From Octopus sinensis (Eukaryota): 64,000 nt of DNA. The notes under the pieces are model-generated. The model had not been told where the DNA came from and searched no databases. It saw nothing but the letters and a program-made list of their open reading frames with translations. Shown here one piece after another: positions 12,206-25,741 of the stretch. Both the position numbers and the translations under genes were made by a program. The stretch lies in contig NW_021833260.1 of the NCBI RefSeq assembly GCF_006345805.1, positions 1 to 64,000 of the forward strand, read 5' to 3'. Position 1 is the first letter of the stretch. Each line of letters starts with the position of its first letter.

Positions 12206-12669
12206 AAAAAACGATTATTATCCCCACCACCACCACCACCACCGCCACCACTACCGACACCACCATCCTCATAATCATCGTCACCAAACAAAACCAACAA
12301 CAACAGAAAAACAAAACCAACAACGGTACTGTCTAATCTACTAATAACGACTTTTGACATAGAATTACATGAGATGGTAGGGACGATGCGAGCAAGATTG
12401 AAATGGGAGTGAAAGGAGGCCGTGTTACTGTGTTACTTTGTTGTTGCTGGCTTACTTTAAGGGCATTACCTTTAAACCGGATTAAAAAATGCAAAAAAAC
12501 TTCAATTGACTTCAATTTAATTAATCCCCAAGACTTTCTCTTTTTTTTTATCATTCCACGGCATACTTTGTACTAATAATATGCTATTAATTAGGCAGAC
12601 GAACAGACGTTTATAAGTCAACAAAAGACGTTCATGTTTCCTTTGCCTTGTTTTTTAACATGTTATACT

Positions 12670-12699
12670 CATTATTTCTATTATTATTATTATTATTAC

Positions 12700-12783
<84 letters not shown>

Positions 12784-13030
12784 TTTATATGAGTACAATA
12801 AATGTTGCAAGCGAAGTGAAATGATTTCTGTTGGTAATGGGATAAGCGGGACATAGTATTCAATTATCATTAAATAACTTTATAAATACATACATACATA
12901 CATACATGTACATACATACATACATACACATACATACATACATACATACATACATGTACGTATATATATATTATATATATATTATATATATATATAATAT
13001 GTATATCTATGTATATATGTATAAGTATAT
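12670..13030. repeat. (ATT)n, (CATA)n and (TA)n repeats
   Basis: Direct reading. Confidence 0.85.
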
Positions 13031-13621
13031 GTGTATCTATTTATCTATCTATTCAAATTACGATGAACGTAAACAAACAAACGAAGTTTGCTTTAGAAGC
13101 GTTGGGATATCTTAGAAAGTTAAAGAAATGATTTTAAATTCTTAAACACAGGATAATGCTAATAATATAGCCTGAACAGGATAAGCTACCCTTATTTTGC
13201 AGAAAAAAATGTTGGCGACCGGCTATAAATATATATATATATATACAAGTAAGCACATAAATGTAAGACATTGAGGGGAAATGGGAAAAATAGTACTCGA
13301 ATACGGAAGATAGAGTCATATGCATTTTAGTAAAACCGAAAACATCTTCACAATCTGTTACTCAGCGTTTAACGTCATCATACGGCACAAATTTGCGACC
13401 ACACTACTCGGATTCCAACTGTCCCACTAACGGAACGCTATAAACGACAACATACACAGGCGAAAATAAATTTAAGACCGATCATAAAAGTTCTATTTCT
13501 TACAAAATGTTTGTTTACTAGTGCCATACAAACTATGTTCATCTTTTCCACCTCATGCAGAATTTATTTCTCTTTCGAATGATGCAGACAATAACTATTT
13601 TTATACAACTTATCTTTCTAG

Positions 13622-13687
13622 GAGAAGGACACTGATGTAAAACCTGCAGGTTCACATGATTACATGTCACCATTCTGGAAGCGAACA
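13622..13687 (+). CDS. Candidate 66-bp internal exon (EKDTDVKPAGSHDYMSPFWKRT), product unknown
   Basis: Acceptor cttatctttctag|G, donor ACA|gtaagt; only frame 0 is open. No homology recognised. Confidence 0.3.
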
Positions 13688-13780
13688 GTAAGTTACAACT
13701 TTCGTCTGTCACCTACCTGCATGGTTCAAATACCTGTCGGCTATTTGCATGCTTCAAACCATGCAGATCTACAGCAGGAC

Positions 13781-13784
<4 letters not shown>

Positions 13785-13817
<33 letters not shown>

Positions 13818-14210
13818 ACACACACACACACTCACACACAAATATATATGCATGTACGTACGTATGTATGTATGTATGTATGTATGTATGTATGTATGTA
13901 TGTATGTATGTATGTATGTATGTATGCATGTACGTGCTGGCTCTCAATCCATTGCTGCAGAAGTTTGACCATTTGAAGGACATATCTTTCGAAGTGGGAC
14001 ACGGCAGGGTAGTATCGGCGTACACAGATGACGTTATTTATGTATGTATGCATGTATGTATGTATGTATGTATACATGTATGCATGTATGCATGTATGTA
14101 TGTATGTATGTATGTATGTATGTATGATAACATGTATGCATGTATGCATGTATGTATGTAGTATGTATGTATGTATATATATGTATGTATGTTATATATA
14201 TATATATGAA
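13785..14210. repeat. (CA)n and (TATG)n repeats
   Basis: Direct reading. Confidence 0.9.
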
Positions 14211-14257
14211 AAAACAAGTAAAAAATAGAAAAATGCTAAAATAATTTTATAGTGAAC

Positions 14258-14299
14258 ATTCAGTACCGTTTCGGTCATTTGAGACCTTTTCAACTGTAA
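14258..14299 (-). ncRNA. Minimal hammerhead-ribozyme-like motif in the PLE 3' region, U3-A8 variant
   Basis: Minus strand CAG-TTGAAAA-GGTC-tcaaat-GACC-GAAAC-G-GTA-CTG. Stem I CAG/CTG, stem II GGTC/GACC, GUA triplet. Confidence 0.65.
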
Positions 14300-14639
14300 C
14301 GATTAAATAATTAAATTTAGAAAAATTAGAAGAAAAGTTTTTTTAAAAGAATATTTCTATAGTAGTGTTCAGATTTAAGTGGCATTCTGCCTTTCTCTGA
14401 CTCCCTTGTTTGCACTTGTGGTTCGAGGTAGTGTGAGTTCTTGGTAGGGTAGGAGAGAGAAGGCTGGTGAGGAAAGGGTGGGGGAGAATCTGGGAGTGCC
14501 CTGATGGTCGTATTTTGAATGGTCAGTGGCGGCTGGCAGTCTCAGTTCAATTCAGGAGAATATTATATTGACAGGCTTGTTTATAGAATTAGCGTAGGTG
14601 TATACTAAAAAACATTAGTGACAAACTTAAGGGGTAGGG

Positions 14640-14890
14640 GGGGAGAAGAAGAGAGAAGAAGAAGAAGGAGAAGGAGAAGGAGAAGATGGACGATGATGGT
14701 GATGGTGGTGATGATTATGACGACGATGATGATGATAACGATGATGAGAAGAAGAAGAAGAAGAAGAAGAAGGAGGAGAAGGAGAAGATGGTGGTGATGA
14801 TGGTGGCGATGATGATGATGCCGATGATGATGATAACGATGATGATGAAGAAGAAGAGGAAGAAGAAGAAGAAGAAAAAACAGAGAAGGG
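14640..14890. repeat. (GAA)/(GAT)-rich simple repeat inside the PLE 3' region
   Basis: Direct reading. Confidence 0.8.
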
Positions 14891-15006
14891 AGAATATGAA
14901 TGGGTGTAAATATAGCTATGAAGGGCTGATTAGTAATGGATTCTATGGAGTGTAGTATTTGTGTGTGTATATATATTTTTTCTTTTATTCTAAAGTTGAG
15001 GTATAT

Positions 15007-16650
15007 TAATTGTTTGTCGTAGACCCGTTAAGAAGTGGCTTGTATTTTGTAATAAAGAGATTTTCTTTACTTATCGTTGTCTCGAGGTTGTATCGTCCCT
15101 AAATTGGTAGGGGGAAAATTCTGAAGTTTGGTGTTTTTTGTTGGCGCAAAGTATCTATGTGTTGGCTAAAAGCTATTTTTCTGTTTTGGGGAATTTTATC
15201 TGGGATCTGTGCAGGCCATTCGTTTACGCAAACCATTTTTTGTTTGGCCTATGTACTGCTCTTGACACCCGGAGCAGGTTAGTGAGTATATTAGGTTCTC
15301 CGAAGCACATGTGAAGTGCTTTTCACTGTAAAACGTTTGTCCCTGTTTGAAGGAGAACTCAGAACCCTCGATTAGATAGTCGCATATCCCGCAATTGGTC
15401 TTCGCATTTTTTTACTGTCGGCTTCTGTGTTGAAGAGTGAATTCGGGCTTGTGTAAGGAGACTTTTCATGGATCTAGGCTGTCTTTTTGCTTTTTATGAT
15501 CGTGTGTGTTTGGAGGATTGTGTTCATTCTGTGGTCTTTTTTTAGGAGGGGTATGTTGTGGAGGAGGGTGTCGAAGGCTTCGTTATTGAGAGGGTTGTGT
15601 GTGGAGATGTATGGTAAGGCTTTTGGTTGTAAGTTTTTCTTTGATTGGGGATGTCTCAGTTCCTTGATGTTAAGTTGAAGGGCACGTTGAATGCATTTGT
15701 CAATAAGTGAAGGTGGATAGTTCCTGGTGATTAGGGTATCTTTTAGTTCTTGTAGTCGTGTGTCTCTGGTGTTTGCGTTAGAGACTATAGTGCATATCCT
15801 TTTTGCTAGATTGAAGGGGATATTCATCCTGGTGTGTCTGGGGTGGCATGAATTGAATGGAAGATATTGCTTAGAGTCTGTAGGCTTATAGTATATGTCT
15901 GTTTCTATTATATTATTAGCTTTCTTAATGAGGATATCGAGGAAGGGGAGTTGTTGTTGGCTATATTCCATCGTGAATTGGATGTTTACGTCCAGTCCGT
16001 TTAAATTTTCTGGAATTCTATGAGTTTTTCTATATTTTTATGCCAAGGATGAAACAGTCATCTAGATATCTCTTCCAGTTGTTTTCTATGTAGATGGAGA
16101 AGGGCTGCCATATCTTTCTAGAACCTTCGATACAGACTGATCTCTAGGTATCCTATGACTAGGTTGGCAAAGGAGGGGGCCATTCGTGTACCCATCGCAG
16201 TCCCCGATTTTTGTCGGTAGAAGTTGTCATTGAAGGCGAAGAAGTTATTTTCCAGGATGAATTTAACCCCTTCTATCACAAATTCTTTTTTGATGCGGTG
16301 TGGTAGTTCGTTGGCGTGATTCTCTAGCCAGAATTGGATTGCTCTAGTCCTAGGTGTGGGGGATATTGGCGTAGAGGTTGACTACATCGAAGGATACCAG
16401 TATGGTGTTTTTGTTTATAGTATTCGGTAGGTGATTGAGCATATCTAAGTCGTCCCTTATATAGCTTTTGACATGTTTGAGGAGTGGTTTTAACAGGGTG
16501 TCTAAAAAGTTACTGAGGCGGTGGGTTTCGCATGCGGGACCTGCTATTATGGGTCTCAATTTGAGGTCATTAGGATTAGGGACTTTAATTATTTGTCTGT
16601 AGCTATCTTGCATGCGTTGCTTATTTTTCACTTTTGTGGATCTTAGGTAT
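15007..16650 (-). pseudogene. PLE reverse transcriptase + GIY-YIG endonuclease, frameshifted
   Basis: PKIHKS, LRPIIAG, LVSFDVVNLYANIP, GTAMGTRMAPSFAN, RYLDDCF, LPFLDI, DIYYKPTD, SCHPRH; NLIYSLTCSGCQEQYIGQT; C-terminal KYKPLLN. Confidence 0.9.
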
Positions 16651-16739
16651 ACCGTATATTATATATAATATATTATATTTTTTACTTTTGTGGATAGTAG
16701 TATACCGTATATATATCTATATATATATATATATTACAT

Positions 16740-17340
16740 TAGTAACAAATTCCGCTACCCACAATACTATAGATACAGGTTAGCGAACACATAGAAAGGT
16801 GTGCTAGAATTCTTAATCCTAATTTCCAAATTTTCCCCTTCTATCAACGTTCACAGAACACCTCAGTACAACAAAGAATTAATAAAGAGGCAAGTTTCAT
16901 CAATAAATATTTTCCACAACTGAATATGAACACATAAGATACTACAGAACACTACTCACCTTTCAATTAATACCATTAGCCCCCATACATCCCATACACC
17001 ATTCACATTACACATCTATATCTACCCTAATTGCACAAAATCCAGAACTACTTACCTTCCTTACACAGAATCGTTTTACTCAGGGACTAGTAGTCCTGAC
17101 ACCGTTCATTAATCGGTGTGCATTCAAAGCAATGATTAGTAAATTCGCGAAATCGGTATGCTTTTGAATCCCTTTAACAATTCACAATGATGCCTTTTAT
17201 TACTCTTATTCTTACCTCAGTTCGTCTAATTGTATACATCTATAGTTACTTTTCATACAAAGCCTTTGCTTTTATGATTTCCAATGTGCATTTTCACCTA
17301 TTTTTCTTCTTACTTTCCCCTTACATTTCCACGCGAACTT
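16740..17340 (+). mobile_element. Second PLE 3'-end fragment (different family), opposite orientation
   Basis: EHIERCARILNPNFQIFPFYQ...RINKEASFINKYFPQLNMNT* parallels the GIY-YIG C-terminus of the minus-strand PLE; followed by a hammerhead-like motif. Confidence 0.75.
17122..17169 (+). ncRNA. Minimal hammerhead-ribozyme-like motif, A3-U8 variant
   Basis: ATTCAAAGCA-ATGATTA-GTAAATTCGC-GAAAT-CG-GTA-TGCTTTTGAAT. Stem I about 10 bp with one bulge; minimal stem II. Confidence 0.55.
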
Positions 17341-17380
17341 TCTATTTTTTTTGTAACATATTTCTATTATATATATATAA

Positions 17381-17766
17381 CTAGCAGTATCACCCGGCGT
17401 TGCTCGGGTTTGTAAGGGAAATAACTATAAAGCATTTTAGAGAGTCATAGCCAAAAACTAGCAAAAAATACATTAAAAGTGGAAAAAAATTATGGTAAAT
17501 TTTTTTTAAATCGTTGACACATCGTAGACATTTTTAGAGAGTTACTTCCCTTATATTAAAAAAAATATGTATTAAAATGGAAAAAAATGATGGTAAATTA
17601 TTTTAAAATCGTAGACTCGTCGTAGACGCGCGCTAATACCCAGAAGGGCTTGATATGAATCACGACTATAAGATACCCGGTTTTAGTTAAACTGCACCGC
17701 AAAATGTGGGAGTAATTAGAAATCTAAATCGGAGTAGACACACAACTCTTCATTTATATATAAAGA
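17381..17766 (-). mobile_element. Non-autonomous Helitron
   Basis: Reverse: A|TCTTTATATATAAA ... hairpin CCCGAGCAACGCCGGG ... CTAG|T. Confidence 0.8.
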
Positions 17767-18163
17767 TTTCAATACGCAGCAAATAATTCAGGAGAAAATA
17801 TTTGCGAAGATATTGACTTTATTATTATCTAGTGTAGCAATTTAGAAATATTTTCTCCTGAATTATTTGCTCCTTATTGAAAATTACGAATCAGATGCAG
17901 CTCAGACTTCAACGTGACGGGTTGGGGCTCCCCATAATGGTAACGTGTGCTGAGGAAAGTGAGGCTGTAATATCAGTCAAAGGACCGGTCCGCGTCGGTC
18001 CAAATATTTGTATGTATGCTGAGAGATTATCTTAGCTCCTTTGCCTCCGGACGATTGACTTATGTAGGTATTATCGGTGTATTTTGGCGATTTAAATAAG
18101 AGTTTTGGCTGTTATTTCCAGTAGGTAGAAATACTTGCCATGTCCTTTGATTAATTTGAAAAA

Positions 18164-18245
18164 CAGGAGTGGCTGTGTGGTAAGTAGCTTGCTTACCCAC
18201 CACATGGTTCGGATTCAATCCCACTGCGTGGTACCATGGACAAGT
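18164..18245 (+). mobile_element. Family-B SINE head, interrupted by the satellite block
   Basis: caggagtggctgtgtggtaagtagc...ggacaagt; the continuation appears at 22864. Confidence 0.75.
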
Positions 18246-18757
18246 AGCCAGCGGTGCCAAAATCACAAAGTATGGTAAGCCAGCGGTGCCAAAATCACAA
18301 AGTATGGAAGGACAGCGGTGCCAAAATCACAAAGAATGGAAGGCCAACGGTGCCAAAATCACAAAGTATGGAAAGCCAGCGGTGCCAAAATCACAAAGTA
18401 TGGAAGGCCAGCGGTGCCAAAATCACAAAGTATGGAAAGCCAGCGGTGCCAAAATAACAAAGTATGGAAAGCCAGCGGTGCCAAAATCACAAAGTATGGA
18501 AGCCAGCGGTGCCAAAATCACAAAGTATGGAAGGACAGCGGTGCCAAAATCACAAGAATGGAAGGCCAACGGTGCCAAAATCACAAAGTATGGAAAGCCA
18601 GCGGTGCCAAAATCACAAAGTATGGAAGGCCAGCGGTGCCAAAATCACAAAGTATGGAAAGCCAGCGGTGCCAAAATAACAAAGTATGGAAAGCCAGCGG
18701 TGCCAAAATCACAAAGTATGGAAAGCCAGCCAAAATCACAAAGTATGGAAAGCCACC
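18246..18757 (+). repeat. 32-bp minisatellite (agcggtgccaaaatcacaaagtatggaaagcc)n, forward block
   Basis: Head-to-tail units with no spacers. Confidence 0.95.
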
Positions 18758-19075
18758 GCTATGTTTCCATACTTTGAGATTTTGGCACCGCTGGCCTTAA
18801 ATACTTTGTGATTTTGGCACCGCTGGCCTTCCATACTTTGTGATTTTGGCACCACTGGTCTTCCGTACTTTGTAATTTTGAAACCGCTAGCCTTCCATAC
18901 TTTGTGATTTTGGCACCACTGGCTTTCCATACTTTGTGATTTTGGAACCCCTGGCCTTCCCTACTTTGTGATTTTGGCACCACTGGCTTTCCATACTTTG
19001 TGATTTTGGCACCCCTGGCCTTCCCTACTTTGTGATTTTAGCACCGCTGGCCTTCCATACTTTGTGATTTTGGCA
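18758..19075 (-). repeat. 32-bp minisatellite, inverted block
   Basis: ccatactttgtgattttggcaccgctgg units. Confidence 0.95.
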
Positions 19076-21835
19076 TTTTCACCGAAAAGTTTACCTAAGA
19101 ATGTTTCGAAAATTTTCACCAAAAATTTTCCGAGAATTTTCACCGAAAACGATGTCGACGTTTATAGACTTCAGCATATGGAGTATATTCGCTATGTGGT
19201 TTTTCGAAAATTTTCATCGAAATTTTACACAAAAATTTTCCGACAATTTTCCCCAATAATTTTCCGAAAACGATGTCGAATATTTTAACCGAAAATTTTA
19301 GCCTAAAATTTTTTCAAAATGTTTGCCGAAAATTTTCTACAAAAATTTTTCGAAAATTTTCACCGAAAATTTTACCCAAATATTTTTAGAAAATTTTCAC
19401 AAAAAATTTTCCGAAAATTTTCTATGAAAATTTTACACAAAAATTTTTCGAAAATTTTCAACAAAAGTTTTTCGAAAATTTTCACCGAAATCTATGTCGA
19501 CGTTTATAGACTTCAGCATATGGAGCATATTCGTTATATGGTTTTTCAAAAATTTTCACTGAAAATTTTCCCCCAAAATTTTTCAGAAATGTTCACCGAA
19601 AAGTTTACCCAAAAATATGTTATTGCTAAAAATAGATATTTATGTGGTGCAGCTGCTGCTTTCTGTGTATATATAGAGTGAATTCTGGTTTACTACTACA
19701 GTCAAGATGCCTCACCATCCACGATACACCAGATTTTGCTTTACACTTAACAACTATGACGATGTCGACGTTTATAAACTTCAGCATATGGAGCATATTC
19801 GTTATATGGCTTTTCGAAAATTTTAACCGAAACTTTTCCCCAAAAATTTTTCGAAAATTTTCACCGAAAATTTTACCCAAAAATGTTTCGAAAATTTTCA
19901 CCAAAAATTTTACCCAAAATTTCACTCTTTATATACACATAAAGAAGCCACATAAAAATCTATTTTTAGCAATAACATAAATTTATTTTTGGGTAAAATT
20001 TTCGGTGAACATTTTCGGAAAAATTTTTGGCAAAAATTTTCCGTGAAAATTTTTGAAAAATATTCGGGTAAAATTTTCGGTGAAAATTTTCGAAAAACTA
20101 TATAACGAATATGCTCCATATGCTCAAGTCTATAAACGTCGACATCGTTATCGGTGAAAATTTTCGGAAAAATTTGGGGAAAATTTTCATGGAAAATATT
20201 TGGAAAAATTTGGGGAAAATTTTCGTGGAAAATTTTCGGATAATTTTTAGTGAAAATTTTCGAATAATTTTTGTGTAAAATTTTCGGTGAAAATTTTCGA
20301 AAAACCATATAAAGAATATGCTCCATATGCTGAAGTCTATAAACGTCAACATCGTTTTCGGTGGAAACTTTTCGGAAATTATTGGTGAAAATTTTCGAAA
20401 AATTTTCGGGTAAAATTTTCGGTGAAAATTTTAGGAAAACTTTTGGAGAAAATTTTCGAGAAATTTTTGGGTAAAATTTGTGGTGAAAATTTTCGAAAAA
20501 TTTTTGGGTAAAATTTTCGGTGAAGATTTTCGAAAAATTTTTGGGGAAAATTTTCGGCAAAAATTTTCAAAAAATTTTTGGGTAAAAATTTCGGTTAAAA
20601 TTTTCGAAAAACCATGTAACGAATATGCTCCACATGCTGAAGTCCATAAACGACGACATCATCATAGTTGTTAAGTGTAAAGCAGTATCTGGTGTATCGT
20701 GGATGGTGAGGCATCTTGACTGTAGTAGTGCCAAAATCACAAAGTATGGAAAGCCAATTTTTGGTGAAAATTTTCGAAAAACCATATAACGAATATGCTC
20801 AATATGCTGAAGTCTATAAACGTCGACATCGTCATAGTTGCTAAGTGTAAAATTTTTGTGTAAAATTTTCAGTGAAGATTTTCGGTGAACATTTTCGAAA
20901 AATATTTGGAGAAAATTTTCGGTCAAAATTTTTGGGTAAAATTTTCCGTTAAAATAATCGAAAAACCATATAACGAATATGCTCCATATGCTGAAGTCTA
21001 TAAACTTCGACATCGTCATAATTGTTAAGTGTAAAGCAGAACCTGGTGTATCGTGGATGATGAGGCATCTTGACAGTAGTAGTAAACCAGAATTCACTCT
21101 ATATATACACAGAAAGCAGCCACATAAAAATCTTTTTTTAGCAATAAATAACATAAATCTATTTTTGGGTAAAATTTTCGGTGAACATTTTCGAAAAATG
21201 TTTGGGGAAAATTTTCCATCAAAATTATTGAAAAATTTTCGGTTAAAATTTTCGGTGAAAATTTTCGAAAAACCATATAACGAATATGCTCCATATGCTG
21301 AAGTGTATTTCGGTTAAAATTTTCGGAAAAATTTTGGGAAAATTATTGTGTAAAATTTTTGGAAAAATTTTGGAGAAAATTTTCGAAGAATTTTTGGGTA
21401 AAGTTTTCGAGAAATTTTTGGGTAAAATTTTCAGTGAAAATTTTCGAAAAATTAATGGGTAACATTTTCGGTGATAATTTTCGTTAAATTTTTGGGGAAA
21501 ATGTTCGCAAAAATTTTCAAGAAATTCTTGGGTAACATTTTCATTGAAAATTTTCTAAAAAATATATAACGAATATGCTCCATATGCTGAAGACCATAAA
21601 GGTCGACATCGTTTTACGTGAAAATTCTCTGAAAATTTTTGGGGAAAATTTTCGGAAAATTCTTTGTGAAAATTTTCGAAAAATATTTGGGTAAAATTTT
21701 CGGTTAAAAAGTTCCAAAAATTTTTGAAGATTTTCGAAAAATATTTGGGTAAAATTTTCGGTGAAAATTTTCGGAAAATTTTTGGTGAAAATTTTCGAAA
21801 AATATTTGGGTAAAATTTTCGGTAAAATTTTGACT
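19076..21835. repeat. Complex AT-rich satellite (aaaattttcgg/tgaaaattttcg units with recurring longer modules), orientation flips near 19925
   Basis: Module gacgtttatagacttcagcatatggagcatattcg is forward at 19155, 19500 and 19765 and reversed from 20100 onward. Confidence 0.9.
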
Positions 21836-22577
21836 GCCAAAATCACAAAGTATGGAAACCTAACGGTGCCAATATCACAAAGTATGTAAGGCCTGCAGTG
21901 CCAAAATCACAAAGTATGGTAAGCCAGCGGTGCCAAAATCACAAAGTATGGAAGGCCAGCGGTGCCAAAATCACAAAGTATGGAAGGCCAGCGGTGCCAA
22001 AATCACAAAGTATTTAAGGCCAGCGGTGCCAAAATCTCAAAGTATGGAAACATAGCGGTGCCAAAATCACCAAGCATGGAAGGCCAACGGTGCCAAAATC
22101 ACAAAGTATGGAAAGCCAACGGTGCCAAAATCACAAAATATGGAAAGCCAGCGGTGCCAAAATCACAATGTATGGAAAGCCAGCGGTGCCAAAATCACAA
22201 AGTATGGAAACCTAGCGGTGCCAAAATCACAAAATATGGAAAGCTAGCAGTGCCAAAATCACAAAGTATGGAAAGCCAGCGGTGCCAAAATCACAAAATA
22301 TGGAAAGCCAGCGGTGCCAAAATCACAATGTATGGAAAGCCAGCAGTGCCAAAATCACAAAGTATGGAAACCTAGCGGTGCCAAAATCACAAAATATGGA
22401 AAGCTAGCAGTGCCAAAATCACAAAGTATGGAAAGCTAGCAGTGCCAAAATCACAAAGTATGGAAAGCTAGCAGTGCCACAATCACAAAGTATGAAAAGC
22501 TAGCAGTGCCAAAATCACAAAGTATGGAAAGCTAGCAATGCCAAAATCACAAAGTATAGAAAGCTAGCAATGCCAAA
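21836..22577 (+). repeat. 32-bp minisatellite, forward block
   Basis: Same unit as 18246-18757. Confidence 0.95.
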
Positions 22578-22636
22578 GATTTATGTGGATGCTTATGGTA
22601 TCTGATATGGATAGAATAGGCCACACAAATACAACT

Positions 22637-22859
22637 TTAACTCTTGAACATTCAGATTTCTTTGTCAAATGTAAACCTTATTTATTCACATTTTTTTGAA
22701 TTAATCATGCATTTTCTCATAGCTTCACAATTTCTATGATGTGGTTGTTTATTTTTAGAATGACCTTGTAGGGTACGTGTGAGGCATTGGATCTGCTCAG
22801 TTTTCACATAAAAGGAGAATATCTGGACCAGGAATGGCTGGATTAAATGCTAGAGTTAA
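22637..22859. mobile_element. piggyBac-like MITE (TTAA-flanked), degenerate
   Basis: ttaactcttgaacattcag...gctagagttaa; reverse copy of 41052-41278. Confidence 0.7.
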
Positions 22860-22863
22860 GCCC

Positions 22864-23165
22864 ACTATAGCGTCGGGCCGACCAAAGCCTTGTGAGTGGA
22901 TTTGGTAGACGGAAACTAAAAGAAGCCCGTCGTATGTGTGTATGTGTGTGTATATGTTTGTGTGTCTGGGTTTCTCCCTCCAGCATCACTTGACAACCGA
23001 TACTGATGTGTTTACGTCCCCGTAACTTAGCAGTTCAGCAAAAAGAGACCAACAGAATAAGTACTAGGCTTACAAAGAATAAATCCTGCGTCGATTTGCT
23101 CGACTAAAGGCGGTGCTCCAGCATGGCCGCAGTCAAATGACTGAAACAAGTAAAAGAGTAAAAGA
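22864..23165 (+). mobile_element. Family-B SINE body and tail
   Basis: actatagcgtcgggccgaccaaagccttgtgagtgg...ggcggtgctccagcatggccgcagtcaaatgactgaaac. Confidence 0.85.
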
Positions 23166-23201
23166 GTATATATATATATTCATATATACACATACATATA
23201 C

Positions 23202-23249
<48 letters not shown>

Positions 23250-23517
23250 TTAGGCGCATGCACGCCGGTGTGCGGGCGCGCATGTGTAGGGACGAGCATG
23301 CGTGGTTACGCAAATACTATGAAGTTTTTGCCCCCCTTACTTTTACTCCCTTCCCTCATAGCGGTTATTTAAATAGCTCTTTTGTCTTAATAACGGTCAA
23401 TCACAGAGTCATTTCTCATAGCATTTTTCCGATGGCTGGATAACTGAAGAATGGTGGCGTGGATTTCCACCTCGGCATCCGGAATACGGAGTTTTATCAT
23501 GGCTACCGAATAATTGT

Positions 23518-23639
<122 letters not shown>

Positions 23640-23807
23640 TTAATATTAGGGAGTATAACTCCAAACTTACAGGGAAAATTTCAATTTAGCATTAAATCAA
23701 ATTTCACAGTATAAATTTATAAAATATAAATTAGAGGTAAAACCACTATATATTTATCATTCATTTTATACTTTTTTAGATCTTGCTGTAAGTTGTATAT
23801 TCAAAAC

Positions 23808-23858
<51 letters not shown>

Positions 23859-23921
23859 TTATTTATGTATTAGTTTATGTCTATCACTGTTTGAGTTGCA
23901 TAATAGTGGTTTTATCTCTAA

Positions 23922-23961
<40 letters not shown>

Positions 23962-25269
23962 TATCCAATGGGTTTTGTTTTTCAGTTATCGATGATCATA
24001 TATATAGCTATTAGCAGTTGTATTCGTATAGTTATTGTTTCGTGCATTAATATCATTATAAAAGCCATGCAACGAATGATTCCCTTTTCATCCCCCCACA
24101 TTTCGCTAGTTTGTAACAAAAACAATATTAGCATTTTTAAAAGAAAAATATTATTGATATTCTTTTTCAAACATATTAAACTGTTAATTCTTCTCTGAAC
24201 CCTTATTTAATCTTTTGATTTCTCTTCGCCTTTTGATTTCTATTTCGTGTGTTTGTGTGTTTATGTGTGTGTGTTTACACAAACACGTGTGTGTCTAACC
24301 CTCTTTATATTTCGTTGTTTGTTTACGTGTTATTGTTTTCTTTCGTGTGTCTGGTGCGCCTAAGTCTTTATTTCCCCACCCCTCGCCTCACTCTCTCTGT
24401 CTCTCTTTATATGGTTTATTATGAAGCTGAGTTTGTATCCCTGCGTGCTTCTTTCTTTAGATAATTCATAAGATTATAGAACCCTAATTCGATTGTCTAT
24501 TTGACCCAATCTGCCAATTTTCCTTAAATGCTTGTCGATTCTTGACTAATTCTATTTTCACCGTATTCTCTGATGTTTTTTCTTTGTTGTTTGTGCTCTT
24601 ATTAGTGTCGCTGTTGTTGTTGTTATTATCGTTCTCTTCTTTGGTACAAATAGCCCATAGTCAGATACAAGATTTAAAACAACAACAGCAACAACAATAA
24701 CTAGAAAATCAGGATATAATTACAGAATTGTCTAATTAACAGGTAAAGATTACAAGAATTACGGTGTAGTTCTTTTGAAATAGATAACAATTCGTCTTTG
24801 AAAATTATACTGTGGAGAACAGCACATACAAGCAGGCTAATACACACTCACATACACTAGAATGTGCTTCTATACATACAATCATACTTGTACGCATACA
24901 TACGTATATACATACATATATACATACATGCATATATACATACATTCAGACAGACGCAAAGACATAAGCGCTCGTATGAACATATATATTATCAGGTAAA
25001 TTTAGACTTGCGTTTGAGTTCAAAAAGATCTTTGGAAAACGAAATTAAATTATTGCGTTTGTGTGCGTGCGTATATGTGTGTAGTGGTTTATACCATTTT
25101 CAGTCTGTGTGCATATGTGTGTATCTGTATATACCACTGTGTGTTTATACGTCGTGTTTGGCATAGCATTTATTATCTTATTGTTTTTGTAAAATATTAA
25201 TCAAATTTTTAGTGCTATAATTTCAAAAATTATGTTGACTCTTTGATTTCAATATTCTTTATATTTTGT

Positions 25270-25286
25270 TCATACATGTACATATA

Positions 25287-25325
<39 letters not shown>

Positions 25326-25709
25326 TAATATATATATATATATATGTATAAATATATATATTTATATATAAGCATGCACATATATATATATATATATGTA
25401 TGCGTGTGTATATATATTCATACATACATATGTATACATATGTATATACATATATATATAAGCATAGAAATACATATACTCATATATATATATACATGCA
25501 CTTATATGCATATATATACATATACACATGTATAGATACTTACAAGCATACATACATACATATACATACATACATATACATACATGCACACACCACATAC
25601 ATACATACATACATACATACTTACATACATACATGCATACATACATACATACATACATGCATGTATGCATACATACATACATACATACATACATACATAC
25701 ATACATACA

Positions 25710-25740
<31 letters not shown>
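25270..25740. repeat. (TA)n/(CATA)n repeats
   Basis: Direct reading. Confidence 0.9.

Positions 25741-25741
<1 letters not shown>

Larger units (their letters stand above)
14230..16655 (-). mobile_element. Penelope-like retroelement (Penelope/Poseidon type), 5'-truncated and decayed
   Basis: RT, thumb and GIY-YIG coding remnants, then a 3' region containing a hammerhead-like motif. Confidence 0.9.

Noticed and set aside
18246-22577. 32-bp repeats as a CRISPR array, and their ORFs as repeat proteins
   Set aside because: The units are head-to-tail with no unique spacers, there are no cas genes, the context is eukaryotic, and several frames are open, as expected for a satellite.
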